From IMG/VR virus record IMGVR_UViG_3300035501_001769, positions 1-64,000 of that record: a stretch of 64,000 nt of DNA; one strand, 5' to 3'. A program made the translations under genes and the position numbers. Under the pieces are notes generated by a model. It made no database searches and was not told the origin of the DNA. It was given only the letters and a program-made list of their open reading frames with translations. Position 1 is the stretch's first letter. Each line of letters starts with the position of its first letter. Positions 18,496-28,663 of this stretch are shown here, piece by piece. The stretch comes from a virus. Its lineage: Duplodnaviria; Caudoviricetes.

Positions 18496-19533
18496 TTAAT
18501 TGATTTTGTTGAGGTAATTTAAGCCTAATTGAACGTTGTCGATTTCTTTTTGAGTGCAGAAACTTTTGTATTCTTCTTTGATTCCTGCAATATCGAACTT
18601 GGAATCAAATGACCCGGTACCATCAGCTGATTGTGTTAACATTACTTCTTTAGACGCAATTTCAACTTTGGCATAACCGGCATTAATTAAAGCATTGCGG
18701 TTAATACTCTTAGCTTCTTCAGGCGCACATTCTACTTTCAGCTTTACTTTTACATTGCTTTCAGTGAGGGTGGGTAATGTATCAAGTTGATTGGCTTGAA
18801 CGGTAATTACTAAGTATCGTTGGTTTACTTCGTTCTGAATGAATTGGGTACTACCATCACTATAAACAATGGTGTAGCCTTTCATCTCATCTTCGCCAAA
18901 GTTGTGCTGACGTGATGCTCCGATATATTCTACATTGGTTCCGGGGATTTTACAGCGGTCGTGATAATGGCCTACAAGCACCTTATCGAAAGCCTTAAAC
19001 ATTGTAGCAGGTAATTCTGAATCACTGCTTGTAGATAATGCTCCGTTAATGCCTTGGTGAATGTAGAGAATGTTATAGCAATTAGGGTCAATCTCTTTAG
19101 CAATGCTTTCATAACGCTCAACAAAACTGCCGTTCTCAGGGAAATAACTCATAACAGTAAGAGCGACATTATCAACATGAGTAAGCATGAGAGCTTCATC
19201 AACAACGGTAACACCGGGATATTCACTGAAGATATGACTATAACCGATAGTTGCTTCTTGGTCCACTTTACAGTGATTCCCTTCTGCTATATACACATCA
19301 ATACCTTCTTGCTTCGCTTGCATTAAAGCGTCACGAACAGCAGACAATGTAGATAGTGTTTGGCCTGAACGAGATTCCCATAAATCACCACCGATAATAA
19401 TCTTGCTAATATCGTGAAAGTGAGCCACCGTCAATGCCTCATCCCAGTTATCACAAAACGCCTTAATATCATTCTTACTTACGTGTATATCATTGAGTAG
19501 TAAGAATATAGGTCTTTTTACTGTTTTTGTCAT
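18496..19533 (-). CDS. sbcD: SbcD/Mre11-like metallophosphoesterase nuclease
   Basis: NDIH, GGDLW, EGNHC, LYIHQG, VGHYH; likely start MTKTV at 19533. Confidence 0.88.
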   Translation of the reverse strand: MTKTVKRPIFLLLNDIHVSKNDIKAFCDNWDEALTVAHFHDISKIIIGGDLWESRSGQTLSTLSAVRDALMQAKQEGIDVYIAEGNHCKVDQEATIGYSHIFSEYPGVTVVDEALMLTHVDNVALTVMSYFPENGSFVERYESIAKEIDPNCYNILYIHQGINGALSTSSDSELPATMFKAFDKVLVGHYHDRCKIPGTNVEYIGASRQHNFGEDEMKGYTIVYSDGSTQFIQNEVNQRYLVITVQANQLDTLPTLTESNVKVKLKVECAPEEAKSINRNALINAGYAKVEIASKEVMLTQSADGTGSFDSKFDIAGIKEEYKSFCTQKEIDNVQLGLNYLNKIN

Positions 19534-19610
19534 AAGTATAAAAATGTACTTCGGGTGTGCTGTTACACACACCCTAATACATTGGTTGATATAAAGTTGA
19601 TTAAGCGGAT

Positions 19611-20891
19611 TTATCGTGTTCTGGGGTGAGTTGGGCGAACACGTACAGCCGGCTCGTTGGTATCATCGTTACGGCTGTTGCGAGGGTCATCGTCATCATC
19701 AGCTTGTGCAGCCGGAGCGTTTGCATCACTGTCAAAGCCTAAGATGTCAGCAATAGCTTGTACTGCTTCACCGTTAGTCATCTGACGTTTGATGTGGATG
19801 TCGATGTCGTTGTCATCTACGAAAGTTCTGAGGCGAGTGCGGAACTCGTTGCCTTCATCGCTGCGGTCATCAACTCCATCAGCCTCCATTTTCAGCCATT
19901 GAGCGTAAATCTGTTCGAAAGTATCGCTTTGGTTTGCTGCTTCATCATCGCTGTTAACGTCAATGCTGAAGTGTGATTGGTCATCTGCCGGCAAGTTCAT
20001 TTTAACTTGATCCAAACAGTCAATCATCTCTTGCTCTGCCATGATGTTAATGCCATGACGTGCATCCATTTGTTTGAGGAATACGATTGTACCTTCAAGC
20101 ATACGGCGAGTGTAGCGATATTGCAATTCAGGAAGTCTGGGCGCATCGAACAACGCTTGTATGGTCTTTTGGTCGAGGGGTTGGGTATCGCCAATTACGT
20201 CAATACTATAACGATAGGTTGTCTTGCCACCTTCTGTTCCGCGAGTAACTTCAAGGGTATAAGCATCTTGGATTGATGAAAGCGGACAGAACACTTGTTT
20301 ACCTTTAGCTTTAGAACTGAGTTTGCTCCAAAGGTCAAGTTTTACAGCTTCAAGCTCCTTATACTGAGGATGTGAAATTTGCATTACCTGAATACCCTTA
20401 GATAAATCTTCGAGGTTCAGGACATACATTGAGTGCTTGTAATCGTAACGGATGCCATTGTTGTATGAGCTTCCGGCAAGCGTTTTACAGAGCTTAGTAT
20501 CGTCAGAGTGGAGTTGATTAACAAGTTGAACGTACTTGTCAATCGGGTCTGCTGTAAGGTTGTTGAATACAAGTGCAGTGTGAATAACATTGACATAGGC
20601 GAACACATCTTTACCTTTGCTGTCTACCTTACCTGTGTCAATTTTAAGCAACTGTTCGCGGATGGGGTATTCATAGCCGGTGCGTTCCATAGGCAGGACA
20701 GGCTTACCATCAGCGTCAATCACCGGAACAAGAGGCAATACGCGAAGAAGGTATTTGCCATCTTTATCCATTCTGAAGTAGTTAGTCTGGGTAGATGTTT
20801 CTGAGGCAGCTTTCTTTTTTGCTTCATCATGGGTCTGCTGCGATGCCATGAGGATGTCAAGCATTGACATCGAGGATTCTTCAATTGACAT
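19611..20891 (-). CDS. Putative gp32-like single-stranded DNA-binding protein
   Basis: DGKYLLRVLP motif, acidic C-terminus, position upstream of the SbcD/SbcC pair. Confidence 0.6.
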   Translation of the reverse strand: MSIEESSMSMLDILMASQQTHDEAKKKAASETSTQTNYFRMDKDGKYLLRVLPLVPVIDADGKPVLPMERTGYEYPIREQLLKIDTGKVDSKGKDVFAYVNVIHTALVFNNLTADPIDKYVQLVNQLHSDDTKLCKTLAGSSYNNGIRYDYKHSMYVLNLEDLSKGIQVMQISHPQYKELEAVKLDLWSKLSSKAKGKQVFCPLSSIQDAYTLEVTRGTEGGKTTYRYSIDVIGDTQPLDQKTIQALFDAPRLPELQYRYTRRMLEGTIVFLKQMDARHGINIMAEQEMIDCLDQVKMNLPADDQSHFSIDVNSDDEAANQSDTFEQIYAQWLKMEADGVDDRSDEGNEFRTRLRTFVDDNDIDIHIKRQMTNGEAVQAIADILGFDSDANAPAAQADDDDDPRNSRNDDTNEPAVRVRPTHPRTR

Positions 20892-20910
20892 AATCTGAAT
20901 GAGTTATAAT

Positions 20911-21375
20911 TTAAGTGTCAAGATAGTTTCTCCACATTTCAGCATACGCGCCAATGTATAACTCCTGTGCGCTGGGCGATTTAATGATGTCCGAATCAGG
21001 CACCTTAATGCCCCAATGCTGTTCTGCGTGATGAATGACCTTAGTTATAACATCATTCATCTCAATTGATTTTTCGTTTTTAAGGTCACGGTAATCAAAA
21101 CGATGACCAGATACTTCGCAGGTATGAACAGGAGCAAATTGTTCCTCAAAATACCTGTAAAGAGCGTCTACCGGTGGGCGGTTCGGAAGTTCATCTGAGA
21201 TGGTTTTCAGAACTACACCAAATAGATACTTCAATTGAGGTAAAGAGCGATTCTTTTTATTGTCGTACAGTAAGTAGTTATACGTACCATTCGGCAATGT
21301 GTCCACAGAATCTAATAACTCATCAATGTCAGAACCTTCTTCGTGGACCGTGAAGGTTCCTTTCTTTTTAATCAT
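20911..21375 (-). CDS. Hypothetical protein (NinB-like pattern)
   Basis: KNRSLPQLKYLFGVVLKTISD motif; first gene of the recombination/replication operon. Confidence 0.55.
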   Translation of the reverse strand: MIKKKGTFTVHEEGSDIDELLDSVDTLPNGTYNYLLYDNKKNRSLPQLKYLFGVVLKTISDELPNRPPVDALYRYFEEQFAPVHTCEVSGHRFDYRDLKNEKSIEMNDVITKVIHHAEQHWGIKVPDSDIIKSPSAQELYIGAYAEMWRNYLDT

Positions 21376-21391
21376 CTCTATGATTTTGTAG

Positions 21392-21399
21392 CAAAGATA
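21392..21399 (-). promoter_or_regulatory. Host-type -7 promoter element for the recombination/replication operon
   Basis: TATCTTTG on the minus strand, 16 nt upstream of the ATG at 21375. Confidence 0.55.
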
Positions 21400-21612
21400 C
21401 TAAAAAGTTAATGATTTGGTTGATTAAAATTATTAAAAATTTCTGAATGATTATGTGTTAATTTCGTAAGTGCTTATGTAACAATGTTGTTACGACACAA
21501 TTTCATGCTAAATTTCTTCCATGAATTTAAATTTGCATATATAAAGTCGATACCACCGATATTTTTAAATCTCAGGGTGGAAGTTTATTTGCAATCCATT
21601 GCTCTTATTAAA

Positions 21613-22083
21613 TCAACAAATCGCTTCAGAGAAAAATTGTGCTTTGTCTATTACTCGTTGATTTGATGAACCGCGCCAGAGCAATTCTGAGCTTGCCAAC
21701 GCTTTGATGAATGGTCCGTCAACCAATGTGTCAATATAACGTAAAATCTCCGTGTAACGTTCTCTAATGAGGCTTAAACCATATCCTGACCACATCCAGA
21801 TTGTTTTGTGGGGATAACGTGTCTTAATCATCTTACATAAGGCGAGGATTTCTTCATATTGCATTAACGGTTCACCACCTAAAATAGAGATATTGAACTC
21901 ATCCTCATTCAGCTTATTGCAGACTTCTTCAACACTCATCTGTGTGCCTGATTGAATATCCCAAAACTTAGAGTTATGACACCCTTCGCAATGTATCGGG
22001 CAACCTGAAACGTATAAAGAGTTGCGAAGCCCAACCCCATCTACCGAGGTTGAGCTTACAATCTTAGCAACTGATAGATACAT
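21613..22083 (-). CDS. nrdG: Anaerobic ribonucleotide reductase activase
   Basis: DGVGLR.SLYVSGCPIHCEGCHN radical-SAM motif, LGGEP, LVDGPF, WRGSSNQR. Confidence 0.95.
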   Translation of the reverse strand: MYLSVAKIVSSTSVDGVGLRNSLYVSGCPIHCEGCHNSKFWDIQSGTQMSVEEVCNKLNEDEFNISILGGEPLMQYEEILALCKMIKTRYPHKTIWMWSGYGLSLIRERYTEILRYIDTLVDGPFIKALASSELLWRGSSNQRVIDKAQFFSEAIC

Positions 22084-22085
22084 AC

Positions 22086-24302
22086 TTAGTCGTGTGTAAC
22101 TCTATCGTTAAGTTCTGCAATCTTACCGCTATTCCATCGGTCAGTTGTACCTACGAGATAGCCTGTAATGCGCTGCAATCTGTCAATGTTCTCGCTACCA
22201 CATTTAGGGCAAACCTTTAAGTTTTTGGTAGCATCTTCATACCCACAATCCAAACAACGGTTACGATTATGATTAACTGAGCCATAACCAATGTTATACT
22301 TATCCATCAGGGTTACAATATCCATGATAGCTTCTACATTGTGAGTTGCATCGCCATCAAGTTCAACATAGAAGATATGACCACCGCGAGTAAGTTCATG
22401 ATACGGACCTTCAACTTCTGCCTTATGTGCTGCGCTACATTTATAAGCGACAGGCACGTGATTAGAGTTTGTGTAGTAGTCTTTATCAGTAATACCGCGA
22501 ATAATGCCATATTTGAGTTTATCACGCTTGGTAAACTTACCTGACAAGCCTTCTGCCGGTGTTGCGAGAACTGAGAAGTTAAGTTTATAATGGCTCGTTA
22601 ATACAGCAGCTTTATTCTTCATGCGAGTAACGATAGCCAAACCTAATTTTTGAGAATCCTCGTCTTGACCATGATGATGACCTGTTAAAGCAATCAAACA
22701 CTCAGCCAAGCCAATGAAACCTAAGCCTAATGTGCCTTGGTTTAATACCGACTCCACAGAATCGGTTGGTTTGAGATTTTCTGAATTAACCCATAAACCT
22801 GACATAAGCAAGGGGAATTGCTTTGCTTCGGCTGTACACTGGAATTTGTAACGGTCGTATAGTTGTCGTGCCATGATGTCAAGAGCCTCATCGAGTTTCT
22901 TATAAAACTCTGCAATGCGTTCTTCTTGGTCGTTAATATCCATGCAGCTCATTGCCAATCCGGGGAGATTAATGGTTGAGAAGCTGAGATTACCACGACC
23001 TACTGAGGTTTTCTCACCGTTTACGTTTTCGAATACGCGAGTGCGGCAACCCATAGTTGCGGCTTCATATATATAACGCTCAGGGTCATCAGCTCTCCAT
23101 TTCTCATGCTGATTGAAAGTAGCATCGAGGTTAATGAAGTTGGGGAAGAAACGTTTAGCAGTTACTTCGCAAGCCAACGAATAAAGGTCGTAGTTGGGAT
23201 CACCCGGCAAGAAGTTTACACCGCGTTTCTTCTTCCAAATCTGAATGGGGAAGATTGCGGTTGAACCGTTACCCACACCACGTTGAGTAGTTTTTAAGAG
23301 CTCACGTATTATACAACGACCTTCCGCTGAAGTGTCTGTGCCATAGTTGATTGAGCTAAATACAACTTGATTGCCACCACGAGAATGAATGGTATTTAAA
23401 TTGTGAATAAAGGCTTCCATAGCTTGATGAACTCGCTTAACAGTTTCGTTAATAGCGTGTTGTACCATTCTTTGTTCACCTGCTCCTTCAAGCTCTAAGG
23501 TAATAAAATCATCGACCTTAGCATCGTAATAGCTTGAAAGGTCAATACCTTGCAATGCTTCTATCTTCTTCAGTTCCTCAACAAATGTGCTGCGAACATA
23601 AGGAGCCATGTAAAAATCGAAAGCAGGGATAGCTTGACCACCGTGCATCTCATTTTGAACTGTTTCCATCGAAATGCAACCAAGTATGCTGGCTGTTTCA
23701 ATACGTTTTGCCGGTCGAGATTCACCGTGACCTGCTTGAAAGCCACCTGAAAGAATCTTGTTGATGGGATGTTGAAGGCAGGTCAGCGATTTTGTAGGAT
23801 AGTAATCAAAATCGTGTACGTGCAAGATATTATCTTCAACCGCCTCAGCAGCTTCTTTTGAGAGAAGGTAATTGAAGCCAAACTCCTTACTGCGCTCACT
23901 TGCGATTTTCATCATCATACCGGCAGGGGTATCAGCGTTCATGTTGGCGTTCTCTCTGGTGACATCGTTCTTCTTAGCGCAAACAATATCGTTAATAATT
24001 TGGTCGCTCTTAGAATTACGTACCTTGTTACGAGTGTCACGATACAAGATATATGCTTTGGCAACTGAGGGGTAATTGCTCACCATCAGTTCTTTCTCCA
24101 CAAGGTCTTGTATCTTTTCGACCGTGATGTTACGCGCATCTTTGGCTATTTGCGCTTGAACATTCGATGCAATTTGTTCAGCAGTTTTCTTAGACGCTTC
24201 CGTTTCAATCTTAACGGACTGCATCGCTTTAATGATGGCTTGTTGAACTCGCTCCTTTTCGAACTCAACGACACGACCATCACGTTTGGTAATCATAATC
24301 AT
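22086..24302 (-). CDS. nrdD: Class III anaerobic ribonucleoside-triphosphate reductase
   Basis: N-terminal ATP cone, MGCRT, ATPAEG, CLDC...CPKC, RITGYL glycyl-radical loop. Confidence 0.96.
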   Translation of the reverse strand: MIMITKRDGRVVEFEKERVQQAIIKAMQSVKIETEASKKTAEQIASNVQAQIAKDARNITVEKIQDLVEKELMVSNYPSVAKAYILYRDTRNKVRNSKSDQIINDIVCAKKNDVTRENANMNADTPAGMMMKIASERSKEFGFNYLLSKEAAEAVEDNILHVHDFDYYPTKSLTCLQHPINKILSGGFQAGHGESRPAKRIETASILGCISMETVQNEMHGGQAIPAFDFYMAPYVRSTFVEELKKIEALQGIDLSSYYDAKVDDFITLELEGAGEQRMVQHAINETVKRVHQAMEAFIHNLNTIHSRGGNQVVFSSINYGTDTSAEGRCIIRELLKTTQRGVGNGSTAIFPIQIWKKKRGVNFLPGDPNYDLYSLACEVTAKRFFPNFINLDATFNQHEKWRADDPERYIYEAATMGCRTRVFENVNGEKTSVGRGNLSFSTINLPGLAMSCMDINDQEERIAEFYKKLDEALDIMARQLYDRYKFQCTAEAKQFPLLMSGLWVNSENLKPTDSVESVLNQGTLGLGFIGLAECLIALTGHHHGQDEDSQKLGLAIVTRMKNKAAVLTSHYKLNFSVLATPAEGLSGKFTKRDKLKYGIIRGITDKDYYTNSNHVPVAYKCSAAHKAEVEGPYHELTRGGHIFYVELDGDATHNVEAIMDIVTLMDKYNIGYGSVNHNRNRCLDCGYEDATKNLKVCPKCGSENIDRLQRITGYLVGTTDRWNSGKIAELNDRVTHD

Positions 24303-25000
24303 TGGATTGCTCCTTTTTGTTTATTGGTGAAGTTGGATAAGTATTCTTTCAGTGTTTTTTTGAAAATTTCTGAAGTATTATAGCCACAACAACGCGGCTC
24401 ACCACATAGACCATTTCGATAAACACATTTAGGAACCATCAATGTAGCTAAATCGGGGTCTACTTCAGCAATCTTAGCTTTCAGTGCTTTAAATACTGTA
24501 ACCGTTTGCCAATGCGCTTGTTGACATAATCTCAGCTTTGCCATATCAATCAGGCTTTGAGCGTTGATACATAGGCCAAGATTAACAGGTGTGTAACGGT
24601 CGGTATTTTCTTGCATCCATGACATCTCGTTAATCATGCTACCTATCGTTTCCTGACAATCCCCCATACGATTGTTAGCAATGTCATCAGATAGAGCGCG
24701 TAACTGTTCCTTCATTTCCTCAGCTTTGAAGATTAAGCCGGGGTTGCCACCTTTACGGTCATCACGGCAAGTAAGTTGGAATGGAACCAAGCCAACGTGG
24801 TGACGGAGGATGTGAGTTGATACAAACAACGGAATGTTATGGAGTGTAATCCAAAATAGCTGAGTGCGGCACGGACTATGTTCTGATTTATACATAGATA
24901 GCAGTGATTGACCACTTTTTCCTATAAATGTCATTTCACACGCTTCTCGCATAAGGTCAGCATCCGTGAGCTTTTTTACAGTAATGGTAAAATCCTTCAT
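24299..25000 (-). CDS. thyX: Flavin-dependent thymidylate synthase-like protein
   Basis: EHSP, IPLFVSTHILRHH, CRDDR, INAQSLIDMAKLRLC, VPKCVYRNGLC. Confidence 0.75.
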   Translation of the reverse strand: MKDFTITVKKLTDADLMREACEMTFIGKSGQSLLSMYKSEHSPCRTQLFWITLHNIPLFVSTHILRHHVGLVPFQLTCRDDRKGGNPGLIFKAEEMKEQLRALSDDIANNRMGDCQETIGSMINEMSWMQENTDRYTPVNLGLCINAQSLIDMAKLRLCQQAHWQTVTVFKALKAKIAEVDPDLATLMVPKCVYRNGLCGEPRCCGYNTSEIFKKTLKEYLSNFTNKQKGAIQ

Positions 25001-25137
25001 TGGATTGTTGAAATATTAAGTTGAATTTTAGCTATGATAGCCACTTTCTAAGTGTGTCTATATTGTCACAAATATCACAACAAAAACTGGGACAACGTGG
25101 TATATAAAATGCAAAAAATCATTATATTTTTACAATT

Positions 25138-25539
25138 TTAATGTTGATGCGCCCTTCTGATTTTGTCATAATATAATTTAGTAGTCATTGTTACCGGTTT
25201 CGCTCTCTTAGCAAAACCCGGAGTTAAACCTGTTTCCCTATATAAAATCAATGCTTTACGGAACTTGGGTTTCTTGAATAATGGAGATAGCGACATATAG
25301 CCTATACCTTCAATCAGTTCAGGGGTAGGGGCAAAAGCACCGCTGGCTTCTACAATCAGGTTGTATTCCAGCGGTGCTTCATATTTTAGAAAATGCCCAA
25401 CTTTAGTTTGCTCGAACTTTACTTGCTTTAGTTTTGCTCCTGGCTTCCTCGGTCGTTTCTTTGGCTTCCTCGGTCTGCCCCTTTTCCTCTTGATTTTCTT
25501 TGGCTTCCTCGGTTGCTCCAGCATTTCCTCTAACGTCAT
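25138..25539 (-). CDS. Basic AT-hook-containing DNA-binding protein (possibly the C-terminal part of a frameshifted gene)
   Basis: KRKRGRPRKP AT-hook followed by a globular segment; overlapped by the 25403..25648 ORF. Confidence 0.55.
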   Translation of the reverse strand: MTLEEMLEQPRKPKKIKRKRGRPRKPKKRPRKPGAKLKQVKFEQTKVGHFLKYEAPLEYNLIVEASGAFAPTPELIEGIGYMSLSPLFKKPKFRKALILYRETGLTPGFAKRAKPVTMTTKLYYDKIRRAHQH

Positions 25540-25648
25540 CGGCTTCTATTTTTTGTTGAGCTTCTACTTCTAATACTGCGCGTTTAGCGGCTTCTAATTC
25601 GGCTAAACGCATACTTTGCGCGTTACGCGGTGCTTTGTGAATTTTCAT
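25403..25648 (-). CDS. Short ORF, possibly the N-terminal part of the frameshifted AT-hook gene
   Basis: Starts 2 nt after the upstream stop codon; overlaps the next ORF by 137 nt in another frame. Confidence 0.4.
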   Translation of the reverse strand: MKIHKAPRNAQSMRLAELEAAKRAVLEVEAQQKIEADDVRGNAGATEEAKENQEEKGQTEEAKETTEEARSKTKASKVRAN

Positions 25649-25650
25649 TA

Positions 25651-27225
25651 TTATACCATGTATGTTACGTTAATATAAATAGCTTCGTAAGTTACGTAAG
25701 GGTTGTATAGTATTTCAAGTGTACGGCTACCTGCTTCTATTTTCCATTGGATGCCGGATGCTACCAATCCTGAGCCTATTACTTGATTACCGGTAATTAT
25801 GCCATTTGATGATGTGCCTAAAGATACCGTTCCGCTTGCAGGGGCCACCCATGCTATTGTTTCGGTGGGTGCAGCTATTGTTTCGGGTAAAGTTAAGCCA
25901 TCAGCTAATCCGGATGTGATAACACCAACGATATTAACGACAGAACCCATCTGCTTAACTTTCACTCCTGTATTACCTAATGTGGTCCAATCTACAAGGG
26001 TGAACATTTCCTTCTCCAACTTAGTAAAATGCGCGTCTACGGCTTCCTTCTCAGCTTCAAATGTAGTGCTGGTGGTGTATTTGGTTGACAGTAGTTCTCC
26101 GTTTTCCTTGATGTCACAAGCAAAGTCAGCAATACCGTTAGCTTGGAAGCGTAAATCTCCAACTGTGTTCTGAACGATGAACGCCTTATCGCTATCGGTA
26201 ATATAACCAATCGTGCCAAACACTTGGTCATTGCGGTCTTTCCATGCGATAGATGCAAGTAAGGCGGCATTAGCGCAAGTATATGAACCATTCTTAACTG
26301 TCAAGCCATTCTTACCGGTCTTAGCTGCTACCAACTCACCATTAGCTGTAATTGCTCCGGTCTTACCTACAACATTCAATAAGGCAGTGCCTTTACCGCT
26401 ACCAATGACAGTATTACGATAATAAGCTGAAGTGGTTTCGCCTAAGTTAATATTGATAGTACCGGTGTCTAAAGCTGAACTATTGTTGATGATACAGTCA
26501 CTTGAAATTGTAATATCGCCTATGGTGGCTGTACCGAATTGAGCCGGCATACTTACGACCACACTCTCGCCTTCAACCTGCATGATAGTGTTACTATTCA
26601 CACCAAAGATAAAACCGTTGTCAGATATTTCCATCTTGTAGATTTTATCGTCAGTCTGAGATTGAACGGTTAGAACGTTGTTTGAGTATGAGATTGAGTT
26701 ATTAGATGTCGCAGAGCCAAATTTAACCGCATCATCCAAAATAATCGGACTGCTGAAGGTAACATTGTTGGTAAATGTCACTTCGTTGCCAATCTGACTT
26801 GAAGCTCCGTTGCTTGATAGGAGTAGGGCGTATTTTCCGAAGAAGGCTTCTTTGATACCTACCGCTCCGGTTGATGTTACGCTGATATATTGTTTGTTGC
26901 TTGGGAGCGTACTTGAAGCAGCACAGCCATAGTTGACACGACCAACCTTAGTGTTTCCATCAGCATACTTCAGCGATTCGTTGGTGTCGTTCTCATAAAT
27001 ATAGCAAGGGAACTTAACGTTTGTCGCTCCATCGAAACGCCTGATTTTGCCATTGAGATATACATAGCCGCTTGCAATTGTACTACCGCTAACCGAACAG
27101 CCTGAAACCACGAAGTTATCGCAATCCGCAAAGATGTTGTTGATAGCAAGAGCCAATTCCTGAAGGTTGATTATATCGTCAATGTAGGTGTATCTACCAC
27201 CTGTCTGAGAAGTAAATTCCTTCAT
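25651..27225 (-). CDS. Baseplate-attached tail fibre protein
   Basis: N-terminal GGRYTYIDDIINLQ..VVSGC.V.GSTIASGYVYLNG attachment region, beta-rich body, follows the baseplate genes. Confidence 0.65.
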   Translation of the reverse strand: MKEFTSQTGGRYTYIDDIINLQELALAINNIFADCDNFVVSGCSVSGSTIASGYVYLNGKIRRFDGATNVKFPCYIYENDTNESLKYADGNTKVGRVNYGCAASSTLPSNKQYISVTSTGAVGIKEAFFGKYALLLSSNGASSQIGNEVTFTNNVTFSSPIILDDAVKFGSATSNNSISYSNNVLTVQSQTDDKIYKMEISDNGFIFGVNSNTIMQVEGESVVVSMPAQFGTATIGDITISSDCIINNSSALDTGTININLGETTSAYYRNTVIGSGKGTALLNVVGKTGAITANGELVAAKTGKNGLTVKNGSYTCANAALLASIAWKDRNDQVFGTIGYITDSDKAFIVQNTVGDLRFQANGIADFACDIKENGELLSTKYTTSTTFEAEKEAVDAHFTKLEKEMFTLVDWTTLGNTGVKVKQMGSVVNIVGVITSGLADGLTLPETIAAPTETIAWVAPASGTVSLGTSSNGIITGNQVIGSGLVASGIQWKIEAGSRTLEILYNPYVTYEAIYINVTYMV

Positions 27226-27767
27226 TCAGTTATAATTATTTTGTAAGTTTTATTGGTGATTTTATATTTGTCGATGTAATACTTCAGTGAGTATAAGAAT
27301 ACTTCCTGCTTGATAGCGGCAGTGTTGATTGCCGGCACATTCACAACAAAGCTGAAACCGAGTGTGGTGTTTTCGGCTTGTGTAAAAAGTATAGCTGATT
27401 CTGTTATTCCTGAGTTGGTTACTTCAGTTTCAAGCCGTAAGGTTGGATTAACAGCTTCATCAGAATCGTTTTCTTGCGATTGAAAGTAAAAAGCCGTACC
27501 CTGAGATTCACCGTTATCAATTGTGATTGATGTTTGTGGATCTAAAAAATACTTGCTAAACTTGCGGTTCAAATACCACTCAAAAAGTATCACCTGAGAT
27601 GTCATGCGTGTTTCTATGCGCTTTTCTCGCGCCCATTCACACCATTCATCATTCAGTGATTGTAACGGCTCTACCAATGAGCGTATAACTAAAATCAACT
27701 TCCTACCGCAAAGGAAATGCGGCAGAAGTCGATTAATTAGCTTTTCAAAGTTAATACTGTATCTCAT
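27222..27767 (-). CDS. Baseplate wedge protein
   Basis: Follows the J-like gene; QVILFEWYLNRKF and FVVNVP pattern. Confidence 0.6.
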   Translation of the reverse strand: MRYSINFEKLINRLLPHFLCGRKLILVIRSLVEPLQSLNDEWCEWAREKRIETRMTSQVILFEWYLNRKFSKYFLDPQTSITIDNGESQGTAFYFQSQENDSDEAVNPTLRLETEVTNSGITESAILFTQAENTTLGFSFVVNVPAINTAAIKQEVFLYSLKYYIDKYKITNKTYKIIITE

Positions 27768-28663
27768 TAATTGTCAGTTTCAACTTCCAATACAATTGTT
27801 TCGTTCCACTTCTTAGTAACGGAACTATCATCGCTTTCTTTGATGTAGCCTGAGTTGGGGATAAAACGTCTTGCAATTGCTTGTTCTTCGCCCAATGTAC
27901 CGTTATCGCCACGCAATCTAATAAAGATACCTTGACCATCTTTGCTTGCGTCAACATCAACAACGTGGTCAACCGCCTGAATGGTGTCGATGATATGCTG
28001 ATAGTAAATCCAACTGTTAAAGTCGAGGTTCTTAATGAACTCATCTAAAGCTGTACGAATGTTATCCATCAGCTCGGTTGAATTAATCAAACCATCATAA
28101 TATACCGTCAGACGAGGAACAAGTATATCCCCTTCAAGACTGATTACCTCAACATGGGTTCCGGCAAAAGCAATTTGTTTAATGTAGCTATTGATTTGGG
28201 TAAGCTCACTTGCATCAATAGCCTGATAGTTACCTGCCGAACCTGTTGCAGCCTTCAAAATCAATTGTCTATCATGAAAGCCGGTTTCTTCAATTTCGGC
28301 ATAAGCTGCCTTAGTGACTACGCGCTTGGTTTCATTGACTTCGGCATAGCTGAATGTGGCTTTTTCTTCATCTACCACCAATGTATCGCCTGATTGATAT
28401 TTAAGAAGGGCATTGGCATAATAAGCCGGAGTACCGTTCACTCGCCCTTGCAAGTCATTCACAATATCAACTTTAAACACATCTAACAGCGTTTCAAAGG
28501 CGTTAATACAAGCTGCCGTTACCCAAGACAAGGCGTTAAGCACTGACATCTTGGAGGTAATACTTGAAGCATCTACCGGAGTTTCAACGTACTCAGCTGT
28601 ATTTAAGAACGTATTACGGCTGGTTACGATGTCCTCATAGATTTCTCTAATCGTTCTGCTCAT
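27767..28663 (-). CDS. Baseplate J-like protein
   Basis: GTPAYYANALLKYQSGD; FAGTHVEVIS; DTIQAVDHVVDV. Confidence 0.65.
   Translation of the reverse strand: MSRTIREIYEDIVTSRNTFLNTAEYVETPVDASSITSKMSVLNALSWVTAACINAFETLLDVFKVDIVNDLQGRVNGTPAYYANALLKYQSGDTLVVDEEKATFSYAEVNETKRVVTKAAYAEIEETGFHDRQLILKAATGSAGNYQAIDASELTQINSYIKQIAFAGTHVEVISLEGDILVPRLTVYYDGLINSTELMDNIRTALDEFIKNLDFNSWIYYQHIIDTIQAVDHVVDVDASKDGQGIFIRLRGDNGTLGEEQAIARRFIPNSGYIKESDDSSVTKKWNETIVLEVETDN

Noticed and set aside
19553-19574. GGGTGTG/CACACCC hairpin after the SSB gene
   Set aside because: A short stem with no adjacent U-tract; probably an ordinary mRNA stability element
25040-25110. NrdR boxes upstream of thyX-nrdDG
   Set aside because: Only loose partial resemblance to the palindrome, with no tandem pair
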